This document shows, piece by piece, positions 1-12,674 of a DNA stretch of 64,000 nucleotides (positions within the stretch are counted from its first letter, which is position 1; every line of letters begins with the position of its first letter). Under the pieces are notes generated by a model. The model was not told the origin of the DNA. It was given only the letters and a program-made list of their open reading frames with translations, and searched no databases. Origin of the DNA: the human T2T-CHM13v2.0 reference genome, Homo sapiens. A program made the position numbers and the translations under genes. Where the stretch lies: NCBI RefSeq assembly GCF_009914755.1, contig NC_060926.1. The stretch is one strand, 5' to 3'.

Positions 1-175
1 CAACAGAAACAAAATAGTTGATTGCTTGCCAGGGCCTGCAGACAGGGAGGAATTGAATATAATGTTTGAGGGAACGTGTTAGGGTGATGAAACTGCTTCT
101 TATCTCAATTGTGGTGGTGGATATATGACTGAATATGTTTGTCAAAACTCATAGAACTGTATACCTCAGTGAAAA
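1..175 (+). mobile_element. Old L1M (L1MB/L1MC-type) 3' UTR fragment
   Basis: Typical L1M 3'-end motifs: ggtgatgaaa..ttct-tatctcaattgtggtggtgg..tgtttgtcaaaactcatagaactgtatac. Confidence 0.7.
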
Positions 176-529
176 AGAGTGTGAGAGGGTTGATGATACC
201 CAAGAAGTGCCAGAAGTGGCCATAGAAGGACATCTTCTGGAAGCAGGGTTTGCCCAGTTGGAAAGGAGGTGCATTGGTCAAGGTTTTATGGCACTAGCCA
301 CAGTTACTGATGTTGTAGTTGCTTTATCTGCCATGGCCACTGATGCCTGCAATCCCCAGCTTTTTAAAAATGGCCCTCAGTTTAAACTATTGAAATCATT
401 TACAAGTTTGGGGAAAAATGTCTCTAAATAAAAATTATTAATAGCTACAACTTAAACAGTGCTGAAAGAATTAGAAGGTCCTCTAAAGACTGTAAGGAAG
501 TTCTGAGCATGTTGAGGAGATTGGTAATA

Positions 530-650
530 GGGCTGTTGTTAAGAGCAGAGTCTAGAGTCACCTTTGTTTGGATTCAGCTTCCTCTTCCACTGTTCAATAG
601 CTGGGTAAATTTAGGCAAACTATTTAATATTTGATTGCTTCTTAATATTA
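530..650 (+). mobile_element. MIR SINE fragment
   Basis: gttaagagcagagtctagagtca..ggattcagc..tagctgggtaaatttaggcaaactatttaa resembles the MIR core. Confidence 0.6.
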
Positions 651-919
651 AAAAATCCTACTACCAAAACAATGAAACATACAATTCTATTTAACATGAA
701 GAAATAACAACATTTAGGCTAAGACAAAGGAAAAACTTTAGGGTAAGGACAAAAGAAGAAAGTTAGGCTAAGAAAGACTAAATAAAGATAATGAGTTCAC
801 ATAACAAATTGTGTTGACACAGTTGAGAGAGTTAAAATCTGATTTCAGAGCAATTTGAACCTGAAATGTGACCTTGCCATATTGTCATGCTGGGTTGCAA
901 CTTGCATATTACCTCCTAT

Positions 920-1190
920 GATATGCTTTCCCTTGATTACCCAAATTTAAACTCCCTAAATGCTATGCACACTTCTGTCATAGTTCTCGTCACGCAATTT
1001 TGTTATTTATCTGTAACTATCTGTTAACAGATACCACAAATAGACATCAACATCTCTCTATAAACCCCAATAAACCAGGAGATTCTCTGGGCTAGAGATC
1101 TTTCTTACCTACATTCTGCATCTTCAGCATTGTGCCTGCACAAAATCAATGGTCAAAAGAGATGAGAAAACTCAATATAGTTGGATGAAT
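920..1190 (+). mobile_element. Probable L2 3' fragment
   Basis: Degenerate L2 3' motifs (ggctagagatc..tctgcatcttcagca..gtgcctgcaca..gatgaat). Confidence 0.4.
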
Positions 1191-1946
1191 TATCAGATGG
1201 CTAGAAATCAAAATATACATTCTATGAATTTAAAACATATACAAGTCTTGTCATTATGCCATGTTTCTAAAAGGCCTATGAACTAAGCTCTTATATGTGA
1301 AAATATTTATCCTGGCAAGAATTTTGATTGTTTGATGCCTTCTGTTTTAGACCAAGAACTCATTGGCACAAGAGATAAGCCAGAATTGTTACAAATTCCC
1401 AAGAAATTCCAAGAAGAAAATAATCTGTGAAACACTATATGATAAACTTGCACGTTGTTAAAAGACTATATTTAAATCAAAGGAAAAAGATTAAACATAT
1501 AACTTTTAGTGGGTTGTAGAAAGGGGTATGGCTTCTAATCTGGTCTGTTTATGCAGTAATCAAATATATTTTCAAGGTCTACAGTGTTGGAACTGTAAAG
1601 TCTTTCCAATGTGAGAGAAAAGTGTTATATTATAATCAAAAGAAATGAAGGGGCTGATCCTGGAATTCCATATAGTTCTGCATTTTTTGTGGTTCCTAAT
1701 CAATGGATTCATTTTGTTTTTAAATCTGTAACTTGGTTATTTTTATAACAAACTCTAATTTCCACAATGATGAAAACAACTTTGATGATGCTCTCTAGCT
1801 TACAGCTCTCATTATTACAATACAATACAAAGCATTCCTTCAAATTTTCTAAAACTGAACAATTATCCAAGTTGGTAATTTAGTAGTCAATAAGTAACTA
1901 AAACTACCCTAAATGTTAAAAGAGTTCATTAATTCTAGTCCAATAT

Positions 1947-2381
1947 TATTTCAGTCTTTCTGCTCCATTGAATTCTTGTCTCACGACCAGGAAGAATTAG
2001 GTGGAGCGGGGGGACACCAGAGAGTCAGTGAAGTAGAATTTATTAAGTGAAAGGAAAGCCCTCAGCAAAGAGAAGGGTCCTGAAAGCAGGTTGCCGGTTA
2101 CCCCCTTCACAGCTGAATACCAGGGCTTAAGGTGCAAATTCCTGGCAGCTCCACCCCGTTCTTCCAGTGCAAATGCAGGCCCTTAGTCTAAGCTGCTCCA
2201 CATTGATTTATTTCCTTTATTGCACATGTGTTAAGGAATGGTATTTTTCACTGTGGGCATATTTAGGCAAGCCCCTCGTGTAAGTTCCTTTATCTACAAA
2301 AACACCCGTGGGGTAGGTCGGAGGTTCTCCGGGGACACTTCCCTTACTGTCTGCCTAAAGCAAGCTGGCTAACTCCTCTCA
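1947..2381 (-). mobile_element. Solo LTR, MER61 family (ERV1)
   Basis: Minus strand begins TGAGAGGAGTTAGCCAGCTTGCTTTAGGCAGACAGTAAGGGAAG, matching the recalled MER61 5' end. Candidate 4-bp TSD ATAT at 1943-1946 and 2382-2385. Confidence 0.8.
2255..2274. promoter_or_regulatory. Degenerate p53 response element inside the MER61 LTR
   Basis: GGGCATATTT AGGCAAGCCC: two RRRCWWGYYY half-sites with no spacer. The second is perfect; the first has G>A at the core G. Confidence 0.55.
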
Positions 2382-2421
2382 ATATGCAGTTTCTCCCCCT
2401 TAGAGTTATATTAGATAATAA

Positions 2422-3727
2422 AAGTCATGTGTTGCCTAATGACAGGGGTATGTTCTAAGAAATGTATCCTTAGGATATTTTATCGTTGTGTGAAAATAAA
2501 ATTGTACTTACACAAACCTAGATGGTAGAGCCTACTACACACCTAGACCACATAGTATAGCCTGTTGCTCCTGAGCTACAAACCTGTACATCATATTATA
2601 CTGAATACTGTAGACAATTGTAAGTCAATTCTGTTTGCATATTTAAACATAGGAAAGATACAGTGAAAATATGATAGAAAGTATAACAAATGGTATACCT
2701 ATATAGGGCACTTACCACTAATGGAGCTTGCAGGATTAAATGTTGCTCTGGGTGAGTGAGTGAGTGAGTGAGTGGTAGTGAGTGAATGTGAAGGCCTAGG
2801 ACATCACTGTACACTACTGTAGACTTTATAAACACTGTACACTTAGCCTACACTAAATTCATCTTAAATATTTTTTTTCTTCAATAATAAATTACATTTG
2901 CTCACTGTAACTCTTTACAAACTTCCAATTTTTAAACAACTTTTTGGCTCTTTTGCAATAATATTTCATTTAAATCACAAAAACATTGTACAGCTGTAAA
3001 AATATTTTGTTTCTTTGCATAATTATTCTATAAATTTTATTTATTTTAACTTTTTAAACTTTTAAAAAATACTAAGACAAAAACACACACATTAGCCTAG
3101 GCTAACACAGGGTCAGGATTTTCAGTAACACTATCTTCCACCTCCACACCTTGTCCCACTGTAGAGACATCAGGGACAATAACACTTATGGAGCTGTCAT
3201 CTCCTACGATAATAATACCTTCTGAAATATCTCCTGAAGGACCTGCCTGAGGCTATTTTACAGTTAATTTTCTTTTAAGTAGAAGGAGTACACTCTACTG
3301 TTTTGAAATAGTAATCATACCCACACAAGACAATGATCCATTTCCTTCTCCCAGTGTTTTGGCATATGTAATTTGTTGATCATATTTCTCCAGGGTTTAT
3401 ATTACATAACCCAACAAAATCACTCTAATGATAAAAGATATAGTATAGTAAATAGATAACACATTAACATAGTCATTTACTACCATTATCATGTATTAGG
3501 TACTGTACGTTATTGTATGTACAATACTTTTATATGATTGGCAGTACAGTAAGTTTGTTTACACCAGCATCACCACAAACAGAAGAGAAATGCATTTTGC
3601 TATGACATTAGGATGGCTGGGATGTCACTAGGCAATAGGAAATTTTTAGCTTCATTATAATAGATGGGACCACTGTTGAATATGCAGCGTGTCATTCACT
3701 AAAACATTGTTATGTGGTGCATGACTG
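2422..3727. mobile_element. Tigger3b-type (TcMar-Tigger) non-autonomous DNA transposon, near full length, with a 123-bp insertion
   Basis: Terminal inverted repeats aagtcatgtgttgcctaatgac and ttgttatgtggtgcatgactg. Diagnostic internals cacaaacctagatggtagagcctactacacacctag and gtgagtgaatgtgaaggcctaggacatcactg. Confidence 0.88.
3298..3420 (+). repeat. Direct copy of 4537-4646 inserted in Tigger3b
   Basis: 3301-3410 aligns without gaps to 4537-4646 (17 mismatches in 110 by eye). Flanked by CACTCTA at 3291-3297 and 3421-3427. Confidence 0.88.
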
Positions 3728-5529
3728 CAATTAAAACAGTTTCATTTCAGCCTTGCACCAGATTTTCAGATTATCCAGAGTGAAAATGATAGGATCACTG
3801 ATCTAAACACTTCTAAATCTGCCCATTCTTTAAACCATTTTAAAATCACTTTAATCATCTAGTATCTGAAATAAATTATAAATATTATAAACATGAATAT
3901 GTCAATAACTTGTTAAGGAAATTTATAGCCATGTACTCAGTTTGTCATATAATTATCAACTAAAATTCATTTATAGAAAAATAAAATTAAATATGATGTT
4001 AAGATCAACTTAGTTACTAATATAACAGTGAGTAAAGCCCAAACCTCCCCTTTTAGCATGGAAGTCTCGGTCTTGGTACAAATTGAATATGTTGTTTAAT
4101 ATTTAATATCTAATAACAATAAAGGGCATAGCAAGTAGGAAACTCATAGCTTTCAGTTTAATTTAGAAAAAGTTGCTAGAGTCACTACTTTAATTAAGAA
4201 ATCCAGATGGCTCCAGATTTCAGGCATGAAACGTGCTGCTACCTTGAGAGGTGGTGTCTTGGATAAGCTTCCTCTCTTAAAATCATCACAGATGTTCTCT
4301 ACTAGAGAAAAACAGCCATAGAACACAACCAATATCTTATGAGAAACTCAATTTCTGAAGGTAAGTTGTATTAAGTTTCAGAGAGAGTTTCATATTATTA
4401 TTAACTTACAGGGCATAATCTTAATATTATCTGGCATGTGTTTAATTGTTTAAGAACAATGATTTCTATTGCCCCAAATATTGTTTTTATTGACCTATTT
4501 TTTTCAAGTGCATTTCAGCACTGCAGAGTCTAGTCCTTTTAAAATAATAATTATATTCCCACAAGACAATGATCCATTTCCTCCTCCTGCTGTTTTGGCA
4601 CATGCAATTTGTTGATTATATTTTTCCAAGATTTATATTAGATAACTGCAAAAAAAATTTCAATTGTTCAGTCTTTCCCAATTAAATCTACAGAACCTAG
4701 ACCCTGTACTGATGCTTACAATCTACATACAAAGTTATAAAATACTAGGAGGAACTCAGAATGATCTCTAGGCTACTAGCTGTTGGGTTTATTGTTGCAG
4801 TTGTCATTGTTATTGTGGTTTTGTTAATTTTGTTTTGTCTTTGCTATTACCATCAGTGATAATTGTGAGAGTGCCAAAAGTGTCTCCCAGTGATGAATAT
4901 AATATTTCAAAAGCAAAACTACTGCCTCGGATTTTCACTCCATCTACTTTTAAGCTTCAGAATCTCTTGGGTTTGTCTTCTCCTTTGTCTCTGTATTTAA
5001 CCCTTGGACGTGATGACAGAGCTCAATTACTCTGGTTGTCTCTCTAGTGTCCCCAGGGACATAATCTGCACTTTCCCAGCGTTTCTGTCTGCAGAAACAT
5101 CAGCATCAGCTGCAGAGATCCCACCCCTGCTTTGGCAATTGTAGCCTGCAATTAGCCCCTTCATGGGGGATGAGGAAGTAGGGGCCAGACCTCAGTGGGT
5201 GTTCTAATGAACTTTTTATTTTCTTGTCACTTGAGTATTCTTTATCATGTTATTTTTCCCATCATAAAATTGAATTGTTTTTCTGTTGTATATATAACTC
5301 TGTGCATCCCAATTATGATAGCTCATTTGGAAAATGTGACTGTATTCTTAATAGCATCTTTTATAGATTTAAACAATTTAACTTTTAAGATTAAAAATAT
5401 CCCTAAAAGAATACTAAAATGAATCAAGTTCTTCACAATGATTTGAGAATAAATAAAAATATGAACAAGAAAAATGGCATGCAGTGAAATGAACACCATC
5501 CTGTAGATAGTGAACGTTTTCACACACTA

Positions 5530-5726
5530 GAGTAGAACGAGGACTAGAACACTTGACTTTCAGTCCTCTGTAATCCAATTCTAGTCTTTCCTCTACTGCT
5601 AAATAGTGTGGAACATTGAGCTAATTATTTCAGCATCACCAGGCTTTAATTTTTCCCCATTGTCATATGAGAAATTGAAGTAAATTATTTGTAAGGTTTT
5701 TTTCTAGTTTTAACATTCTACAATTC
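5530..5726 (+). mobile_element. MIR/MIR3 SINE
   Basis: MIR core plus MIR3-like tail (gtaaggttttttctagttttaacattctacaattc). Confidence 0.55.
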
Positions 5727-6224
5727 CAAAGTACATCGTCTTATAGTCATAAGTATGTATTAATGTGACCCTTATGATAATGGTAATCTAATTGCACTAG
5801 TTTCTAATACAGTAAGAAGCATTCACTGTTAGCTAATGTTAGGTAAATGAGATTGGTTTCTAAAAATGCAGAAGAACAAATGTAGGCACCAAGCAATAAA
5901 CATTCCTTGGTAAATTTATTGATATATTAATGTATTTACATACTAAGACCAAAAAGTAACTGTAGCCATAAGCTCAGGAAAAAATGAATCTAGAGCATAA
6001 TGAATCATAAAGACTGTAACGTTAACTTTAGAGACCCTAGTCCACTCTTTTTTTTTTTTTCTTCATTCTGTAGCTCTTCCTTCCACGTCCCTGAGGCAAC
6101 CAGGTCTCTGATACATTTAATAATGTTTACACAATTAAACCCTGACTCAGAAAAGACATGATGAAATCAGTTACACTATTACTTAAACATTAGATGCTAT
6201 CTTAATGTACTTCTGCTTTAAGAG

Positions 6225-6655
6225 CTTTCTGAATTTTAAAGTTGTCAAATATATAGAGGAATTCTACTCTTAGTGACATAACCTGAAAAAATTATTAAAC
6301 ATATGTATAGACATCATATATTAAAATGTTCAAGGAGCCATTGTAACAGTCAACAATTGTAAGCAATCTGTTTGTCAATAAACAATAGAAAGGCTAAATT
6401 GCAACATAGTCGTACAATGGAACACCAAGCAGAGGTGAAATAAATGAGAAAAAGCACATGTATCAATATAGATGACTCCCAAATATAATACTGAATAAAA
6501 TAAAAGAGCAAGTTAAAATAGTTTTATAGAACAATATACTATTAAGGTTTAAAAACATGTACAGTAATGTAATATGATAGAAACTACACTTTTTATTGTA
6601 TACATAAATGCACTTTAATCCATAAAATGCATATGGCAAATATCTATATAAATAT
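6225..6655 (+). mobile_element. Old L1ME-type 3' fragment
   Basis: aggaattctactcttag..aaaatgttca..aattgtaagcaatct..tacaatggaacac..atatagatgactcccaaatataatactgaataaaa. Confidence 0.55.
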
Positions 6656-6663
6656 TAAACACA

Positions 6664-6976
6664 GCCTGGCGCGGTGGCTCACGCCTGTAATCCCAGCACT
6701 TTGGGAGGCCGAGGCAGGCAGATCATGAGGTCAGGAGTTCGAGACCAGACTGGCCAACATGGTGAAACCTCCTCTCTACTAAAAATACAAAAAATTAGCT
6801 GGGAGTGGTGGCAGGTGCCCTTAATCCCAGCTACTTGGGAGGCTGAGGCAGGAGAATCACTTGAACCTGGGAGGCAGAGGTTTCAGTGAGTCGAGACCCT
6901 GCCACAGCACTCCAGCCTGGGCAACAGAGCAAGACTCTGTCTCAAAAAAAATAAAAAATAAAAATAAATAAATAAA
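6664..6976 (+). mobile_element. AluS (Sg/Sc-like), full length
   Basis: Dimeric Alu with gatcatgagg diagnostic, A-rich tail and TSD (t)taaacaca on both sides. Confidence 0.95.
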
Positions 6977-7139
6977 TTTTAAACACATGCAAAATTATAC
7001 TGTGTATGTGTATACAGAACAAGAGATATCCAAGTATCTATACACATATTTATGTCTACATCTTAAAATTATATAATTTCAGTATGAATTGGGGTTATAG
7101 AATGTTAAGAGATAGACTAAGATTATTCCATCCTAACAA

Positions 7140-7205
7140 TCTATAGATAGACATAGCTATAGATAAGTAGATGACAGATAAATAGATAGATAGATAGATG
7201 ATAGA
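7140..7205 (+). repeat. Imperfect (GATA)n microsatellite
   Basis: tagatagacatagctatagataagtagatgacagataaatagatagatagatagatgatag. Confidence 0.8.
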
Positions 7206-7755
7206 AAGAAAAATGTCAAACTATAACAAAATGTTTTAGTTAAAGTCTTATCTATGAAAGGGGAAGGGATGAGGAATCAACACAGTTTTGCTACATAGAC
7301 ATCTTCAAATTTTTTTAATGAAATATTGTGGTTTACTATATTTTATATCTCTTAATATGCCTGAAATGTCCTTAATATTTATAAATTTTCAGGATCGTGC
7401 AAAATACTTATATTTTAAGCACTTCCCCTAGAGAAGTCAAGGTGGGGTGGTGGTCCTAGTTCATATGCAGTTTGATGAAAAGATTGCCATCTATGAAGGC
7501 ATGACCAGCTCTCTCACCTGCGTTTTGTGTAATACTGAGTATATGGTGGGTGAAATAAATGTTTACAAATGAATACAGAATATCATAGATAACTTTTTTC
7601 TAGTTAGACTCTCATTTTAAGACTAACAGGCAAATATACAAGCTGATACTCCTCAAGGTATGTTGACCGATATTTTTTCTATGAGACAATATTTTATATT
7701 TCCTATAAGATATTTTTCCTATTTTTATAATAATAAAAATATATGCTACTTTTTC

Positions 7756-8056
7756 GGCCTGGCACAGTGGCTCACGCCTGTAATCCCAGCACTTTGGTAG
7801 GCTGAGACAGGTGGATCGCTTTAGCTTAGGAGTTTGAGACTAGCCTGGGCAACACAGTGAGGTCCCCATCTCTACAAAAAATTAACCAGGCATGGTGGTA
7901 CACATCTGTGGTCCCAGCTACTCGGGAGGCTGAGTTGGTAGGAAGGCTTGAGCCTGCAAGTTGGGGGTGGGTTGCAGTGAGCCGAGATCATGTCACTACA
8001 CTCCAGCCTTGGCAACAGAGTGAGACTCTGGCTCAAAAAAAATAAAATAAAATAAA
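7756..8056 (+). mobile_element. AluJ, full length
   Basis: ggatcgctttagcttaggagtttgagac..gtgaggtccccatc (J-type diagnostics) and A tail. Confidence 0.92.
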
Positions 8057-8059
8057 ATT

Positions 8060-8061
8060 AT

Positions 8062-8110
<49 letters not shown>
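8060..8110 (+). repeat. (CA)n microsatellite
   Basis: About 24 CA units with one interruption. Confidence 0.95.
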
Positions 8111-8112
<2 letters not shown>

Positions 8113-8346
8113 GTTTTGCTGCTTAGAAATTTCTTCCACCAGATATCCAAAATCTCAAGAGTAAAGTTCCACAGATCTCTAGAGCAGGAGCAAAATTCCA
8201 CCAGTGTCTTTGCTAAAGCATAGCAAGAGTAAGCTTTGTTCCAGTTCCCAGTAAGTTTCTCATCTCCATCTGATACCTCTTCAGCCTGGGCTTCACTGTC
8301 CATATCACTGTCAGCATTTTTGTCACAACCATTCAACTAGTTTCTA
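8111..8346 (-). mobile_element. Orphan MSTA-internal fragment, direct copy of 36429-36664
   Basis: Ungapped alignment to 36429-36664 (22 mismatches in 236 by eye). No MaLR LTR nearby. Confidence 0.88.
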
Positions 8347-9069
8347 AATATCTTTTGTAAAGAATTTATAAGTATTCAACATTACTAGTGTTAATACATA
8401 TTACCAATCTTGATTTCTCTCAATTTTTTTCACATCACCAATTTCATAGAAAATATTACTTCTTTATATTCAAGGTGTTGAATTCATCCAAAATGAAATA
8501 AATTATTATATCCTGAGTTTTATCTTTGTAATTAAGCTTTGGGATTACCTAGCTCTGAGCACTGGATTTAATATATTATTATTTTTAACCAAAAGATTTC
8601 TATATCCTTATCAATGTACCCATGTAGTCTCAAAGTATAAGTAGAACATGTAGCATGATTCTGCACAGATAATTTTTAAAACATAACCATGAATTGATTA
8701 TGAATTTGTGCTTTCATACTCTAATCAAATAACATCTAATGCAATATAAATTATATAACATTCTTTAAAATGTAATTTGTGTTAGGATGAAAGAGAACCG
8801 AAGTTTAAAAAATAAATGTAACTGTCTTAACGTATCAGAAGGAGAAAGTTCTGCAGATTTTATAAGAGAGAAATGATACAAACTTTAAGTCATGGACAGC
8901 AGGAACTGGAGCAAGAGTAAGTTAAGATATTTCATTATGTTGCATTGATAAAAAACAAATACCTTTGGAATGAAATACAAAGAAAGGCTTTTCTTGTTAT
9001 CCACACCATTCTATTTTCCTTTCCCTTGTTTTCTAGGTATGATCACAAGAATCACAGTATGAACTTCAA

Positions 9070-9520
9070 CAGATATAAAAACAAGGTTAGCTTGTCAAAT
9101 AATGCTTGAAAGAAACTTGCTTTGGCAACAGATCTTATAAAAAAAGGTTTTGGAATTTTTAATTAACAAGATAAGTCTGAACAAATATGGCTTTTAAGAG
9201 GCTAGGGTAATCCTCAGCTGCAATAAGGGAATTCGAGCTCCAGAGCATCCATGTTAACTGAAATTTTCTGTTCAGTACCTGTTGAAACGTATTAAGAAAA
9301 ACCTGGCACACTGGAATGATTTGCAAGTCCAGAAGAGGGTGCTCATGATGAGAGGATCTAATCATTATACTGTGAACAGCTAACTTAGGTAAGAGCTCAT
9401 GATATCCAGCTTAAAAAAACCTAAGATAATTATAACAATTATCCTCTGGTATTTGAATGGCTGCCAGTGTGTTTGTTCAGTTCTGCTTCACAAATAAGAA
9501 CATCATAAGTTGGTGGAAGT
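9070..9520 (+). mobile_element. Probable L3/CR1 3' fragment
   Basis: gtccagaagagggtgctcatgatg..gaacagctaa..tccagcttaaaaaaa..ggtatttgaatggctgcca resembles the CR1 ORF2 end. Confidence 0.5.
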
Positions 9521-9544
9521 AATAGCTTTCAACTCAGAGTATGC

Positions 9545-9840
9545 GTGGCGGGTTGAATTTTTGTTCCAACTCTTCATTGCTCAATGTGTCCACACACCGG
9601 GTGAGATCTGGCAGCTCCTGTCACTAGAGGCAGTGTATATTTCCTTGCCTCATTGATTTTGAGCTTGTTTGGCCAATGAAATTTGGGTGGACATGACAAT
9701 CAGCTAGTTTAGCACTTAGGCCTGAAGTGGTGTGTTTCTGTTTGCTCCTCTTATTCTTCTACCATTGGTACGTGAAGTTGCCACTGATGGAAGGAGAAGA
9801 TAGCCTGGGCTATCCCAAACCAAACCTAGAACTTGGAACA
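9545..9840 (+). mobile_element. MLT1 (MaLR) LTR fragment
   Basis: gcagctcctgtcactagaggcagtgtatatttcc..cattgattttgagcttg..ttggccaatgaaat..taggcctgaag. Confidence 0.55.
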
Positions 9841-10348
9841 AAATCGAATAACTCAGGCTAGTCTCCATGTTCATTGACACTAAAAGCTCTAAGATCCCTT
9901 TTTGTCTTCAGTGGTGCTTTTTTGGTCAACTCCAAATACACACTTTCACCTGGTCAATATAGTCCTTTTACACATACTAGCTAGTATAATAGGTTATTTG
10001 TGTAGTGCCATTTTAAACAAAGGGCAATTGATTTAATAAAAATGCACTGTCAGCATGCTTATAACAAGGCATTTGACAAGACATATTCAAACCTCTTTCT
10101 TGACCCTCACTGTATCTTTGATTTGTTTTCCCAACTAAATTATTGACCCTTATACTGTGTTTCCAGTGCCAATTATATTATTGTCAATTGGCTAGCATCA
10201 AAAATTACTATAGACTAATATGAATTTAAATTTCAGCTTAGATTGATGTAGATGATTAGATTCCAGACATTACTTATTTATTTTTATTATTATTCATATT
10301 GATAGACAGCACCTTGCCTAATTGCTATCATCCTGTTCTAAATTTTAG

Positions 10349-10491
10349 GGCTGGCCACAGTGGCTCGTGCCCATAATCAGAGCACTTTGGGAGGCCATTG
10401 AGGGAGACGCGTTTGAGCCCAGGAGTTTGAGACCAGCCTGGGTTACGCAGTGAGACCCTGTCTCTACAAAAAATAAAAATAAAAATAATAA
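10349..10491 (+). mobile_element. FLAM_C / free left Alu monomer
   Basis: Single Alu left arm ending gtgagaccctgtctctac plus A tail. Confidence 0.88.
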
Positions 10492-10589
10492 TTAGTAATA
10501 CAGAGTTTAGTGTTGCAGATGAGGAAATCACTGTACTCCACTAGCAGAAGTTCTACTCTGCTATACAGAAATGCATTGTATCACATAAG

Positions 10590-10790
10590 CAATTATAAAT
10601 GGCTTACATGCATTTAAGGTTCACAACAATATAATAGATACTATTTTCAACACTTTAGAGATGAAGAAGCTGAACCACTTGGGGTTAAATGATTTGCATA
10701 AATTCACATAACTGGTAATAAAAGAACCAAAATTCAAATCCTTCCAGGCTGACACCAGAACCTTGCTCTTAACCAAAAAACTCTACTGCT
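10590..10790 (-). mobile_element. MIR SINE
   Basis: cactttagagatgaagaagctgaa..ggttaaatgatttgc..aaattcaaatcc..ttgctcttaacc. Confidence 0.75.
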
Positions 10791-11334
10791 TTCATAATAT
10801 GAGATATGAGACCAAATGCTCTTATTTTATAACAATCTGAAGACATCTGCCTTGCCAGCTAACTAGACTTAAACTGAAATTCAAAACTAGCTTTAAAGGA
10901 TGGGATTGTCAGTATTGGAGCAAAGCTCAGGGAGGTACCACTTAAGCATAAGATGAATGTGCTGTTGTACCCATTACTTATATTTTCAAAATGATAAATA
11001 ATAAATTATTTTTCTAAGGCCTTGAAATAAGTGATAATGTCAAAATATTTTCAGTAATTACAAACAAAAATGTATTCATTTTCAAGACGTATTACAAACA
11101 ATTAAAAAATGTATCCATTTTCAAGATGTATTTTTTCTGGCTGATACATGAGTTAATTTGTGTCTATGAAATATATTGAGTTTAATAATGCTATGCCTAT
11201 GATATTAATTTTCATGAGCTAACCATGCACTGTCACTATGAATCATTTTTAATAAGATAAATACATCTTAATGATAATGATCCTGTTTTTAATGTAATCA
11301 ATACAGTTAAGTGTTTAAGATGCATTATGTTGTA

Positions 11335-11510
11335 AATTATGTTTTACCTTTGTGAAAATCTTATGAGAAAAACAATAGTATTAATCTGTATTATCATTAG
11401 GGGAGAGAAACTTAGAGAAGTTAGGAAACTTATCCAAGATAAAAAAGTGTAAGGCAGTTAGTATTCTAACCAAAGCTATCTTTCTATTCCCTTAACTAAT
11501 GCTTTACTAT
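11335..11510 (-). mobile_element. MIR SINE fragment
   Basis: agaaacttagagaagttaggaaacttatccaagat. Confidence 0.5.
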
Positions 11511-12674
11511 CTCTGCTCATAAAATAAATTCCCACAATTTAGAACACCATAGGGAAACAACATTTGTATGAGGTTCTATGTCAATGTCATCTACTCACAT
11601 TGTGCCCAAGAGTGGCCTTCACATAGCACAAAATATGAATGGTGCCTCCGCAAATTGCGTTATGCATCAAGGTAGAATAAACCTGGAATTCCCACCAGAT
11701 ATTCTTATGTATTTAAAAGTGACATTTATTCAATGAATGCCTTTCTAACTGATTCATAAATAAAAATTAGAAATATAGCCTAATGAGCAAACCAAAAAAG
11801 TCTCATGGACACAGCTTGTTTAGAATCTTTCACAGGTAATTGCAGCCTACTTTTATACGCATGCAATTCTTCACCAGAACAAAAAAAAAAAAGAAAGAGA
11901 AAAATAATCACAATAGAAAGGTGTAAACTTTTATTGGATTGCCCCCCTGGGATGCCGATCTTAAGGCAGGGGCATATGTCAGCTTCACAAGTAGACAGTG
12001 CTCAGATCAACTCCGCGGGAGAGCTCCTAGAAAAGCAAGAGCCCAGGAGTAAGGCAATTTACTAATCCCTAAGTAGAAGGCACAGGGTTGCTTTTATGAA
12101 TTTTTATAGAAGAAAGACAAGGCTCACCACGTAAAATCCTGTGGTTTCATCACCAATACAGATATGACAGAACCTTTTTTTCTTTTCTCAAAGAAGATTC
12201 CAGTGGGACTAGTCCACCTGGAAGCCAGGAGGCAGAGAAGCATATTTTCTGTTCTTTCTTTCTTATCTCCCCTACTCTGTAATCAATGTGTCTCACCAGG
12301 GACCTTCATGTTGCCGAGTAAGCAACAATTTTCCAGCCAATTCTCCTCCTCCTACCTACCTTGAAAGCGTCTCTTTGTGAGTTTTTTATTCTTTTTAATT
12401 CCCTGACCTTAATATCATATTGTTTAGTTTTCAATAGATGCTCACTTACGATGGAGGTGGGAGTAGGGATATCACACCAAATCCTGAGTCAAACTTTAGG
12501 ACAGGGCACATTTGATATAAACCATTAAATGTCAGAGTTGTATATAAGAAGCCCAAGAATAACTCTGTTCTCAAGCTCATCAGATTTAATAGCAGTTTTC
12601 AAATCAACGGTTTAAGAATTTAATCTCTAAGTTATGTGAAAACCACCACCAGCTACTCCCACATGAAGAAAGAA

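Noticed and set aside
11600-12160. Non-repeat segment with a few CpGs as a possible exon or promoter
   Set aside because: CpG density is far below island level, and there is no convincing splice-bounded frame or recognisable peptide.
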